Shown piece after piece: positions 55,559 through 63,161 of a stretch of DNA of 64,000 bases. A model generated the notes under the pieces. That model did no database searches. It was not told the DNA's origin and saw nothing but the letters and a program-made list of their open reading frames with translations. Made by a program: the position numbers and the translations under genes. Each line of letters opens with the position of its first letter. Within the stretch, counting starts at the first letter, position 1. The stretch comes from Candidatus Saccharimonadales bacterium (GTDB lineage Bacteria > Patescibacteriota > Saccharimonadia > Saccharimonadales > UBA4665), in the NCBI GenBank assembly GCA_036263915.1, contig DATASD010000005.1, positions 75,059 to 139,058 on the forward strand, read 5' to 3'.

Positions 55559-55864
55559 CTAATTACCATGGAGAGACTTAATTTGAGATTGTATATCTTT
55601 TATCTGAGTCTGAAGATTATTATATTGGTTCTGCGAAATGCTTGTATTCTCTTTATATATTTCATAATTTGCATGAGATTGATCTACGTACATATTGAAA
55701 GTAGCAATAACCATAGTTACCATTGCCACTCCTACAACAATTAATACTGCATAAATGAGAAAATCATGTTGTTTGAATTTTGAATCAGTCTTAGCCGCAA
55801 AGGCAGACCCAAGGTATCTTTCTCCTTCGGCAGGAGTTGGTACTGGCGTAGGGGCACGCCGCAT
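55559..55864 (-). CDS. hypothetical single-pass membrane protein with a Gln/Asn-rich coiled-coil-like tail
   Basis: The TM segment FLIYAVLIVVGVAMVTMVIATF is followed by NQYNNLQTQIKDIQSQIKSL. Confidence 0.45.
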   Translation of the reverse strand: MRRAPTPVPTPAEGERYLGSAFAAKTDSKFKQHDFLIYAVLIVVGVAMVTMVIATFNMYVDQSHANYEIYKENTSISQNQYNNLQTQIKDIQSQIKSLHGN

Positions 55865-55867
55865 TTG

Positions 55868-56083
55868 TTAATAAACTCCCGTAATTACTTCTGTGCCGTC
55901 TTTCTTTTGCACTTCCAAATCTCTACCAGTATATTGAAAAAGATCAAATCCGCTAAAAGTGACCCCTTGCTGTATTTTCTGCCCGGGTTCTAAAATAAAT
56001 CCCCCAAGGCTTACACGAACTATGGGCTGAATCGTGCCATCGGGATTAACTTGAAATATTTTCCAGAAAGATATACGTGACAT
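55868..56083 (-). CDS. hypothetical 71-aa protein
   Basis: ORF 3 nt upstream of the previous minus-strand ORF. Beta-rich-looking sequence with no motif recognised. Confidence 0.4.
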   Translation of the reverse strand: MSRISFWKIFQVNPDGTIQPIVRVSLGGFILEPGQKIQQGVTFSGFDLFQYTGRDLEVQKKDGTEVITGVY

Positions 56084-56287
56084 TATGTTTGAGACGTACC
56101 TTTGTTCATATCAATATATTACCATAGCTATGCAGATCAATATGAAGATATATATTTGATTTATTTTTTATTCTTCGGAACAACTTTTCCTAAAAATCCC
56201 TTAAATTCCTCTTCGGTTAGCTGCTTAATCTTCGGTGTTTGTTTCTTTTTCGGCATACCTTTAGTTTAACAGGTTGGGTTATTTCCT

Positions 56288-56314
56288 TGTACTTGGTGTA
56301 GGGGGAGGAATGCC
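56288..56314. repeat. right terminal inverted repeat (27 bp) TGTACTTGGTGTAGGGGGAGGAATGCC
   Basis: Reverse complement of the left TIR with one mismatch. Confidence 0.85.
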
Positions 56315-56322
56315 TCCGTTCC
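56315..56322. repeat. right copy of the 8-bp target-site duplication TCCGTTCC
   Basis: Identical to 53602-53609. Its last base is the first base of the stop-codon complement of the 56322..56633 gene. Confidence 0.85.
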
Positions 56323-56633
56323 TAGTAATTTGGGAGCGAACGGAGCATACGCCGCATATCTTCGAATATGTGCCAGAACTCATCTGCATCATCGACGCTC
56401 ATATAGCCGCCCTCACGACTGCGTACTTGCCAAAGCATTTCCTGAATCGATTTTATACGGTCTTCGAGACTTCGCGGGCTCTTCGCCATTTCCATTTCAT
56501 CTTCCAAGCGCTTTACCTCACGAACAAGCGATTGAGCATCGCCATCCTGCGGTCGGTCAAGAGCATCATGCACGCGAAACTCCATGTTGCGTACCTGCTT
56601 ATAAAGTGGTTGATAGCTTGCATCCATATCCAT
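56322..56633 (-). CDS. hypothetical 103-aa charged helical protein
   Basis: AGGAG RBS 6 nt upstream of the ATG at 56633 on the minus strand. The overlapping plus-strand ORFs lack an RBS and look compositionally non-protein-like. Confidence 0.6.
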   Translation of the reverse strand: MDMDASYQPLYKQVRNMEFRVHDALDRPQDGDAQSLVREVKRLEDEMEMAKSPRSLEDRIKSIQEMLWQVRSREGGYMSVDDADEFWHIFEDMRRMLRSLPNY

Positions 56634-56750
56634 ATTGGCTCCTGTTTTGGCCTAGGCATAGTATAAATTTATACGCGCAGCAGTCAAGGTTGCGGGGTTT
56701 TATAATGAGTGCTAGACTGGGGTTTTATTACGTATGTAGTAGGAGTGTAT

Positions 56751-57185
56751 ATGAAAGAAACCGGACCAGCGCTACCCCCAGAATCTGATCCTACCAGCAG
56801 TGGCGAAATACCAAATCTGCCAGCAGTGAGTTTAAACCTGCGCGACTTTATAATACGAAAAGACCCTGGAGAGATCACTACTGACCCCGAGGAAAATTCT
56901 GCAATCAGGCCTATACCTATAATATCTATAGAGGACATTCCTACAGGCGACGAAACCCCCGATGCATCAACCTCGTTGCTTTCCAGAGAGATCATAACTG
57001 ATATCCAACCTGAGCCCGAGGTTACCTGTAACTACGATTGGGGACCCACCAGAGAACTTATCAAAGCATTGTATCCCGAACCCGCACCGCAAGGTGATAA
57101 TGAATCATCACTCGCCTACACTCTGCGGCTATTACATCACGCCGAGGGTCGCGACTGGGATCAAAACGGTTTGACCGAAGAATAA
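56751..57185 (+). CDS. hypothetical acidic Pro-rich 144-aa protein
   Basis: TATAAT at 56701-56706, AGGAG at 56741-56745, ATG at 56751 (MKETGPALPPESDP...). Confidence 0.55.
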   Translation: MKETGPALPPESDPTSSGEIPNLPAVSLNLRDFIIRKDPGEITTDPEENSAIRPIPIISIEDIPTGDETPDASTSLLSREIITDIQPEPEVTCNYDWGPTRELIKALYPEPAPQGDNESSLAYTLRLLHHAEGRDWDQNGLTEE

Positions 57186-57223
57186 GAATATTCGTACTAT
57201 TTAAAGGTTAAGGAGAAAACGCT

Positions 57224-57496
57224 ATGGAAGGTAAATCATTTGGCCAAGAATTTCAAGAAAAACCACAATTGCCTGTAGTGCCGGAAGGCGCCAGCGATGC
57301 GTACGACGTGACTGCGCAAGGCGACCCTGGGGAGTTTATTGCCGAGGGTACCGTTGAAGATGAAGATGGTCATGAAGTCACAATATTTACTAACAAGGAT
57401 GCCGGCGAAACTGCCCGTGACTTCAATGACTTTTTAGAGGAACGCGGACTGCACGGCTTTATTACGCAGAAAGAGGTCCCTGGCCAAGAGGGTTAG
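57224..57496 (+). CDS. hypothetical acidic 90-aa protein
   Basis: AAGGAGAA RBS before the ATG. Same-strand operon context. Confidence 0.5.
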   Translation: MEGKSFGQEFQEKPQLPVVPEGASDAYDVTAQGDPGEFIAEGTVEDEDGHEVTIFTNKDAGETARDFNDFLEERGLHGFITQKEVPGQEG

Positions 57497-57513
57497 GGTA
57501 GAAAGAACACATC

Positions 57514-57840
57514 ATGATGGAAGGCAATCGAGACATACCGCAACAACAAGATTTCGGCGGAGCCGATCTCGCTAATGTTATACCTAGTCTTCCCGACCTT
57601 GTTGAAGGTGTTGGGGAGATAACAGAAACCGCTTACGATGAGCACCGTGCCAGAGAGGAAGGTGACGACAAACCTGAGATGGTTACCTGGTCGTGTCACC
57701 TCGGCTCGGATATTCCCTCTGAGCGAGAAATTAGATGGCGCAATGCTTGGCGCTCGCAGCTCGGCTTACCACTACTCGATTACCAAGAGGAAGTTGATAA
57801 GGCCCGTAAGACTTGGCAGGGACCAGAAGCAGAAGCATAA
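57514..57840 (+). CDS. hypothetical acidic 108-aa protein
   Basis: ORF 17 nt after the previous stop, on the same strand. Confidence 0.5.
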   Translation: MMEGNRDIPQQQDFGGADLANVIPSLPDLVEGVGEITETAYDEHRAREEGDDKPEMVTWSCHLGSDIPSEREIRWRNAWRSQLGLPLLDYQEEVDKARKTWQGPEAEA

Positions 57841-57868
57841 CGGCAACAATCAGTAGCAGGGTACATGC

Positions 57869-58219
57869 ATGTCTGAATTACCACCACTCCAACAGACCTC
57901 ATCAGAGCTTCCCCAGTTGATCGAACCGCCCGATCCATCTTTTTTGGTATCCCAAGATGCAGAAGGCAATTTTATTCAAGAGTCGTCCTCCGAAGACAGC
58001 GAAGAAACACCTCCACCCATTGTAAATGGATATATCGTTGATACGGCACATGTGTTTATTTGTTGTGGTGAGAGTGCGGAAGATTACGTGCAAATGGCAC
58101 GGGATTCGTTCGTAGACCACCTAAACGAAGGGAAATTTAACGTCTGTTTGTATAATATGCTCTCTCCTGAAGACAAAGCTGCCCTTGCGCCATGGGCTCA
58201 AGGGATAGAAAACCTGTAA
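57869..58219 (+). CDS. hypothetical acidic 116-aa protein
   Basis: ORF in the same operon-like series. Confidence 0.5.
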   Translation: MSELPPLQQTSSELPQLIEPPDPSFLVSQDAEGNFIQESSSEDSEETPPPIVNGYIVDTAHVFICCGESAEDYVQMARDSFVDHLNEGKFNVCLYNMLSPEDKAALAPWAQGIENL

Positions 58220-58222
58220 ACA

Positions 58223-60070
58223 ATGCGTGAAACGTACGGCACCCCCGAACAGGCACAGCAGTTGCCATCAGCTTACAGTACCCAATCGATGCCCCTGTCT
58301 GATGTCAATGTAGAGATCACTGATTCTTACGTTGTGGCCAGCGACAGCTCAGATAAGCCTTTTACCCACGTTCCATACGATGAAACCCGTAGTGAGTTTG
58401 AATCTGCCCAGCCGCCAGAAGCAAGTGTTGGCGGCAATAGCGATAAGCCGCCCACCGATCGACCTCCCGAAAATGTCCCAGCGGCAAACGAACCACCTGA
58501 ACGCCCGATAACAGATCCAGCGTTGGCAGAGCTACTCGTGCAAAATGCTGCATTGCTTGGTTCCGAAAAACTCGACCATCTGCTCGCCCATCACGCTCGA
58601 TTCGATCGACCCTCGTCGTTTCGGGACGAGTTTGGGAATTTCTCTGAAGATCGACATAGACGCAACAGGGAATTTCTCGAGCACGTCCCTGGCTTTATGG
58701 CCGCGGCCGAACAAGCCGCTGTACCGCAAGAGCAGGCTCAGGAACTGCTAGAACATACACTCGACAATGTGCAGAACCCAAAGCTGAACATTCAGGGAAG
58801 TGCCAGGATCACTGCATTGCTTGCTAAAACATTTGCAGCAAGCGGAGAAAATTCCCTGACGGAACAAAATCTAGCGCAACTCAAAACACTCATCTCAACC
58901 GTGAGCGAAGATAATGTTATTCCGCACACTCTTGAAACTCTCGAGGCAGCCCAAAAAGCCGGCCTTAGCCTAGAGGATAGCATGCAGCTCGTGGACGGCT
59001 ACTTTCAGACGAGCAACGGCCGCCAGGTATACGAGCATATGGATTCTTTCCGTGAAGCCTTGCGCACACTACATGTCGCCGGCGTCGATCCACAGCTCGT
59101 CAAAGACGTCTTCCAGACATTTGACCAGATTGATCCACAATACCGTCACGAAGTATACGACGATTTGCGCGCACTCATAACCAATGGAGCAAGAGTATAC
59201 GATATGAAGCCCGAGGCCGTTTTGCGGGCGGCGCTGCATGAGGTGAACGACGAGACCGATATCGAACACGCACTCGGAAAAGTCGTAGAGCGGCAACAAA
59301 AAGGAACCCGTGTAGAAGGCAGCGAGCCGGGCATTTCCACACCTCGCGAGCGAATAGACAATCATTTTATCCAGAAGGGCGGCCAACTGGAGCATGCCGC
59401 CGTGCCGTATCAAACAAACCGTTCGCTCGAAGAAGGCCTATCCGACATCAAGGAGCTGACCGGCGCCGAACGGTATTTTGGCGACGTCGTTGCAGAAGGA
59501 CACTGGATATTTGATCCACATACAGATACATGGTACTCCTTTGGTGGCGAAACAAAACGCGACCCAGTAACGCGTACTACGTCTCATACGTCCCAAAAGT
59601 TTGACGTAAGCGAACTCAGTGATACGCCATACGATTTTCACATTCACCCAACCGATAACGAAAAGATCGCCGATCGCTACGGTCATATATTTCCATCTAA
59701 TGCCGACTTCAAGACAGCCGCTACTATGCTAGACGATGCAGGCAACACCGTGTCGTTGCGTTCGTTTATTTCCCATCGCTACGGCATAACAGAGTTTACC
59801 TACCCGGCGGATACGAACGCATTACGCGAAGCCGGCGAGCATTTTGAAACCTTGCGCGATGCATATTTCGAGCAGTGCATTGGCGATGAATACGACGTCC
59901 TCGCAACCGCGCGCCACATGGGTGATCCGGAGTTCATTCGTGCTATCGTGGCAGACATTAATAGCCATCTACCTGAGACCTTTGCTATAAAAATACACCC
60001 GCACGGCACTAATCTTGGTGAGATCGTTCGGCCTGAGTTGGAAGCGCCGCCTGACCGTCAAGACCCTTGA
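58223..60070 (+). CDS. hypothetical 615-aa protein with a C-terminal JAMM/MPN-like motif
   Basis: Pro/Glu-rich N-terminal ~100 aa. The C-terminal FHIHPTDNEKIADRYGHIFPSNAD contains HxHP...PSxxD (59639-59707), with a longer spacer than in classical JAB/RadC domains. Confidence 0.55.
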   Translation: MRETYGTPEQAQQLPSAYSTQSMPLSDVNVEITDSYVVASDSSDKPFTHVPYDETRSEFESAQPPEASVGGNSDKPPTDRPPENVPAANEPPERPITDPALAELLVQNAALLGSEKLDHLLAHHARFDRPSSFRDEFGNFSEDRHRRNREFLEHVPGFMAAAEQAAVPQEQAQELLEHTLDNVQNPKLNIQGSARITALLAKTFAASGENSLTEQNLAQLKTLISTVSEDNVIPHTLETLEAAQKAGLSLEDSMQLVDGYFQTSNGRQVYEHMDSFREALRTLHVAGVDPQLVKDVFQTFDQIDPQYRHEVYDDLRALITNGARVYDMKPEAVLRAALHEVNDETDIEHALGKVVERQQKGTRVEGSEPGISTPRERIDNHFIQKGGQLEHAAVPYQTNRSLEEGLSDIKELTGAERYFGDVVAEGHWIFDPHTDTWYSFGGETKRDPVTRTTSHTSQKFDVSELSDTPYDFHIHPTDNEKIADRYGHIFPSNADFKTAATMLDDAGNTVSLRSFISHRYGITEFTYPADTNALREAGEHFETLRDAYFEQCIGDEYDVLATARHMGDPEFIRAIVADINSHLPETFAIKIHPHGTNLGEIVRPELEAPPDRQDP

Positions 60071-60860
60071 GGTCGTCAACATCCACGCCTTGCGCCCATA
60101 GCATCTCAAAAAATGCACGTTGTGTTTCGGTGATTTCCTGATTCGCAATTTCGATGCCAAACACTTCGTCGTCGTGCCAGTTATAGTAGGCCGTAACATT
60201 ACCGTAGATGATGGTCGAATGCGTAATTTTAAATACATCATCAGGGACAAATCGTGATCGCCAAGACGCAAGGCGCTCGTTGGAGTGGTCACGATACCAT
60301 TGCTGCTGCGTTTTAATAAAATGATCACCGATAATACCGCGGAAGGTGATGCCCGCCTCGTTGCACGTGCGCGCCCACCGCTCAAAAAAACTTTGCTTAG
60401 TGCGGCTCTGCATGTTCTCATAGAGAATAGAAAGGTTTTCACCTGAAGCCTTAGTTTGATTCCATACCATCTGTTTTATACCTTCAAGACCTTGGAAAAA
60501 CTGTACACGTGTCGCCGGCGACGACAGCACATCACCATTTAAAAAGTTATGCAATGAGGTGAGCTCGGTCTGCAGGTCACGGAGCTCTTGCTCTTTTTTG
60601 CTAATAAGGATCTGTAAGTTCGTAATTGGTGCAGCGCGCAAAATGCTGTATTTGTTATGCACCTCGATCTCTACAAGACCACTATTTTTCAGAGTATCAA
60701 AGAGCCGATAAATGCGTGTACGCTCTACGCCAGAATTTCTGGCAAGCGCCGAGATTGATTGCGGACCGTAGGCGTGCAACGCCAGATATATATCAGCAAC
60801 TTCGGATTCAAGGCCAAGCTTATAAAAATAGGATCGAACAGCACTTGTATCTGCCAGCAT
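60009..60860 (-). CDS. TrmB-family transcriptional regulator
   Basis: LGLESEVADIYLALHAYGPQSISALARNSGVERTRIYRLFDTLKNSGLVE (winged HTH, TrmB-like) plus a C-terminal domain. The 3' end overlaps the convergent 58223..60070 gene by 62 nt. Confidence 0.7.
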   Translation of the reverse strand: MLADTSAVRSYFYKLGLESEVADIYLALHAYGPQSISALARNSGVERTRIYRLFDTLKNSGLVEIEVHNKYSILRAAPITNLQILISKKEQELRDLQTELTSLHNFLNGDVLSSPATRVQFFQGLEGIKQMVWNQTKASGENLSILYENMQSRTKQSFFERWARTCNEAGITFRGIIGDHFIKTQQQWYRDHSNERLASWRSRFVPDDVFKITHSTIIYGNVTAYYNWHDDEVFGIEIANQEITETQRAFFEMLWAQGVDVDDLKGLDGQAALPTQAERSHQD

Positions 60861-60984
60861 GATGCTTATAGTTTTACCACCTGTGCACTTTTTACGCAAC
60901 AGATATATGAATCAAATGCTACCTGGTACACTCCTAAGCGTACCGGTACGAACAATTCCAACTAATCATATATGGAGACTTGCC

Positions 60985-62424
60985 ATGAGTAGTGAGTTTA
61001 GTTCGTCACCGCCCAACCCAGAACAACTACGTCAAAATTTACAGCCACTTGGTGAAGGTATTATAAAAGACGGCGTCGTTGTCGGTAGCAGCGCTTTGAA
61101 TGCAGCGCTACCGGAGCTTGGTCGACATCCTCAAGACATTGACCTTACTATTTCAGAGGATGCCTATCGTCACTTGCGGCAGCAATCCGGATGGGAAGAG
61201 GTCGAAGGGCCAAGTGGTCCACGCATCTTGAAGGATCAATTCGACGTGGGCATCGGTTGGGGAGATGCAACAGCCGAGGAGCTCAAAGAGCGCAGTTGGC
61301 AAACGCCTGAGGGCGTACGCATTGCCGGCCTTGCCGACGTCTACACATGGAAACAATCCCGCGGTATGGAGAAAGATGAACGTGATACTGCTGCTATTCG
61401 GGAACGCCTGCAAGATCCCGCCCAAGGACCACTGCCATCACACCTCACAGAGCACGAACGCGAAGCCATTCGCGAAGCATTACCCGAGCACCTGCGCGAT
61501 AGTCCGGATGCTCAACAAATGATTGAGCTTGCTGCCAACGGCCTCGCCATAACCTCTATTCTGTACGGCGACCGGCGCATTGGTAAAGTAAATCAAATCA
61601 TTGGTGATATCGAAAAGCCTAATTACAATGTCGCCGCTACTTATCACAACGGTTTTGACACTGTCGAAGACGTAGCGCTCTTACAACAACACCTCGATAA
61701 CATCGGCGCCTCCGATGAAGAACACCTGCTTGGCGCGGCTGGCGAAACCTACAGCGATGCATCGTATGGCAATGGTCGGCTCGCGCACAACCCTAAGGCT
61801 CATGATGAATTACGCGCAGGCAATCTCGGCGCCGCGCACGCCGAGGCGTTCGGCATTGATCCTCCCAAGATTCAACGATTACGTAACGCAATACTTGGCA
61901 CGACGTTCACCGAGGGAAGCGGCACGCAACAGGGAAGCAATGACCCTGACCGATTAGTACGTAGTGTGGCCGGCATTGACCTCCAAATCTTATCCGGGTC
62001 AAAAGCAGTGATCGCAGCTCACGATATTGACCTTGAGGATAACATGTCAGCACGATTCTCGCCCAATCGTACTATTGGGAAAGTTCTGGCCGAGCACGGT
62101 GTGCGTATCAATACGACCGAACAGGGCCTGGCATTCATCGATGCTCATCCGGATGCGCGGCCAGCGGATGCGCCTGATGGCCAAACAGTGCTTCAAGCCT
62201 TCGCTTATCGCATGATTGACAATGCTGATTTTCATGATCCAGAGATAGGCTACAAATCACCTATCGGTTGGACGCTCGAGCGGCCCGAAATCCGCCGTGA
62301 AAACGCTAACAAGCTGCGCGAACTCGGATACAAATTATTGGCAGGCGAAATCTTAGCACAAGAAAGCTACGCGCTCGCCCACCAACATGCCGAAGAAATA
62401 CGTGAGCGCTACAAAATAAATTAG
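60985..62424 (+). CDS. hypothetical 479-aa protein with an N-terminal minimal nucleotidyltransferase-fold signature
   Basis: VVVGSSALNAALPELGRHPQDIDLTI fits hG[GS]-x(9-13)-DhDh of Pol-beta-superfamily NTases. The ATG at 60985 has a GGAGA RBS. The track start at 60859 is an extension. Confidence 0.5.
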   Translation: MSSEFSSSPPNPEQLRQNLQPLGEGIIKDGVVVGSSALNAALPELGRHPQDIDLTISEDAYRHLRQQSGWEEVEGPSGPRILKDQFDVGIGWGDATAEELKERSWQTPEGVRIAGLADVYTWKQSRGMEKDERDTAAIRERLQDPAQGPLPSHLTEHEREAIREALPEHLRDSPDAQQMIELAANGLAITSILYGDRRIGKVNQIIGDIEKPNYNVAATYHNGFDTVEDVALLQQHLDNIGASDEEHLLGAAGETYSDASYGNGRLAHNPKAHDELRAGNLGAAHAEAFGIDPPKIQRLRNAILGTTFTEGSGTQQGSNDPDRLVRSVAGIDLQILSGSKAVIAAHDIDLEDNMSARFSPNRTIGKVLAEHGVRINTTEQGLAFIDAHPDARPADAPDGQTVLQAFAYRMIDNADFHDPEIGYKSPIGWTLERPEIRRENANKLRELGYKLLAGEILAQESYALAHQHAEEIRERYKIN

Positions 62425-62445
62425 CGAGACCATATGTCTAGACAA

Positions 62446-62472
62446 GGGTCCGCCTCAATGCGGGCTCTTTTT
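62446..62472 (+). terminator. Rho-independent terminator after the NTase-like gene
   Basis: GGGTCCGC / CTCAAT / GCGGGCTC (two G:U pairs) followed by TTTTT. Confidence 0.6.
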
Positions 62473-62500
62473 GTGGATACTACCAGCGGCATACTCCTTG

Positions 62501-63127
62501 CTAGACAACCATTTCCCATAAAAAGAATGTTTCGCGAAGTATTTTGCCGCGGCGGTCGACTTTTCGCTCAACGTAGCCAGAAGGGTCGTATTGTTCGGGC
62601 CGCAACTGCGCTACATAATAATGCGTCTCGTTTATAGCCGGCAGGCCAGCGTAGTTACATTCCTGCTGAGACGGCCACACCCGATGGCTTGTTAGTTGCA
62701 ATGTGTGCGGTGGCGTTCTCATAAGCTCTTTGCCATTCCGGTCTTGTAACTCCTCGCGCAGGCCGCGCAGAGCAGCAGCTTCCGGCTCTTCGCCATGCAT
62801 TGCCCGCCGTTTTTCGGAAAGCGAATTGTGCAATCCGCGGCGGCGCCACGTATCGGTAATGCGGTTATGCTGCGCTTCTTCCACCAGATGCAGTAAATGC
62901 GCGTCAGCACTATGGTATACGTCCACTTTTACGGTCGTACCATAGCGTTGCAAGCCATCGGTAGCCACAAACAATGCTGATTCGCCCTCTCGTATCTCTT
63001 CGTACAAATCGGTCGTTGTGCGCGAGCCGTCCTCACCCCATACATCATACGGAACACTATGCTCATCAAGCACTGCTATGAGCGTATCGTGTGACGGAAT
63101 CTCGATGGTGTGTTCCGGGATAGCCAT
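62501..63127 (-). CDS. hypothetical 208-aa protein with a degenerate Nudix-box-like segment
   Basis: HGEEPEAAALRGLREELQD resembles G..E.......REU.EE.G but has RG instead of RE at the core. Confidence 0.4.
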   Translation of the reverse strand: MAIPEHTIEIPSHDTLIAVLDEHSVPYDVWGEDGSRTTTDLYEEIREGESALFVATDGLQRYGTTVKVDVYHSADAHLLHLVEEAQHNRITDTWRRRGLHNSLSEKRRAMHGEEPEAAALRGLREELQDRNGKELMRTPPHTLQLTSHRVWPSQQECNYAGLPAINETHYYVAQLRPEQYDPSGYVERKVDRRGKILRETFFLWEMVV

Positions 63128-63161
63128 ACCCCCTTAGTCTATCAGACTGGACGTTACAACG

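Larger units (their letters stand above)
53610..56314 (+). mobile_element. IS1595-family insertion element with cargo (2705 bp)
   Basis: Bounded by 27-bp TIRs and an 8-bp TSD. Encodes an IS1595-type transposase. Visibly more AT-rich than the flanks. Carries a tRNA, a structured leader, and about five small ORFs. Confidence 0.85.

Noticed and set aside
54624-55561. 9-bp direct repeat CTTAGTCTA on both sides of the transposase gene (54624-54632 and 55553-55561), considered as the ends of a nested minimal IS
   Set aside because: No inverted repeats adjoin these copies, and the second copy overlaps the transposase stop codon. A single 9-mer match within about 3 kb is within chance expectation. 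The 27-bp TIR + 8-bp TSD pair explains the element.
56161-56256. 31-codon minus-strand ORF MPKKKQTPKIKQLTEEEFKGFLGKVVPKNKK just inside the IS right end
   Set aside because: It is too short with no clear RBS. It could be real (a Lys-rich small protein), but I cannot support it from sequence alone.
56274-56788. Plus-strand ORFs 56274..56666 and 56330..56788
   Set aside because: They overlap the minus-strand 103-aa ORF, which has a perfect AGGAG RBS and protein-like composition. The first also begins inside the IS right TIR/TSD. Its shared 'VLGVGGG' peptide with ORFs at 53.6 kb is simply the translated inverted repeat.
60009-60070. 62-nt convergent overlap between the 615-aa gene and the TrmB-family gene, considered as a possible antisense regulation site or annotation error
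   Set aside because: Both ORFs are otherwise well supported. Convergent 3' overlaps of this size occur in compact genomes, and I see no additional structure.
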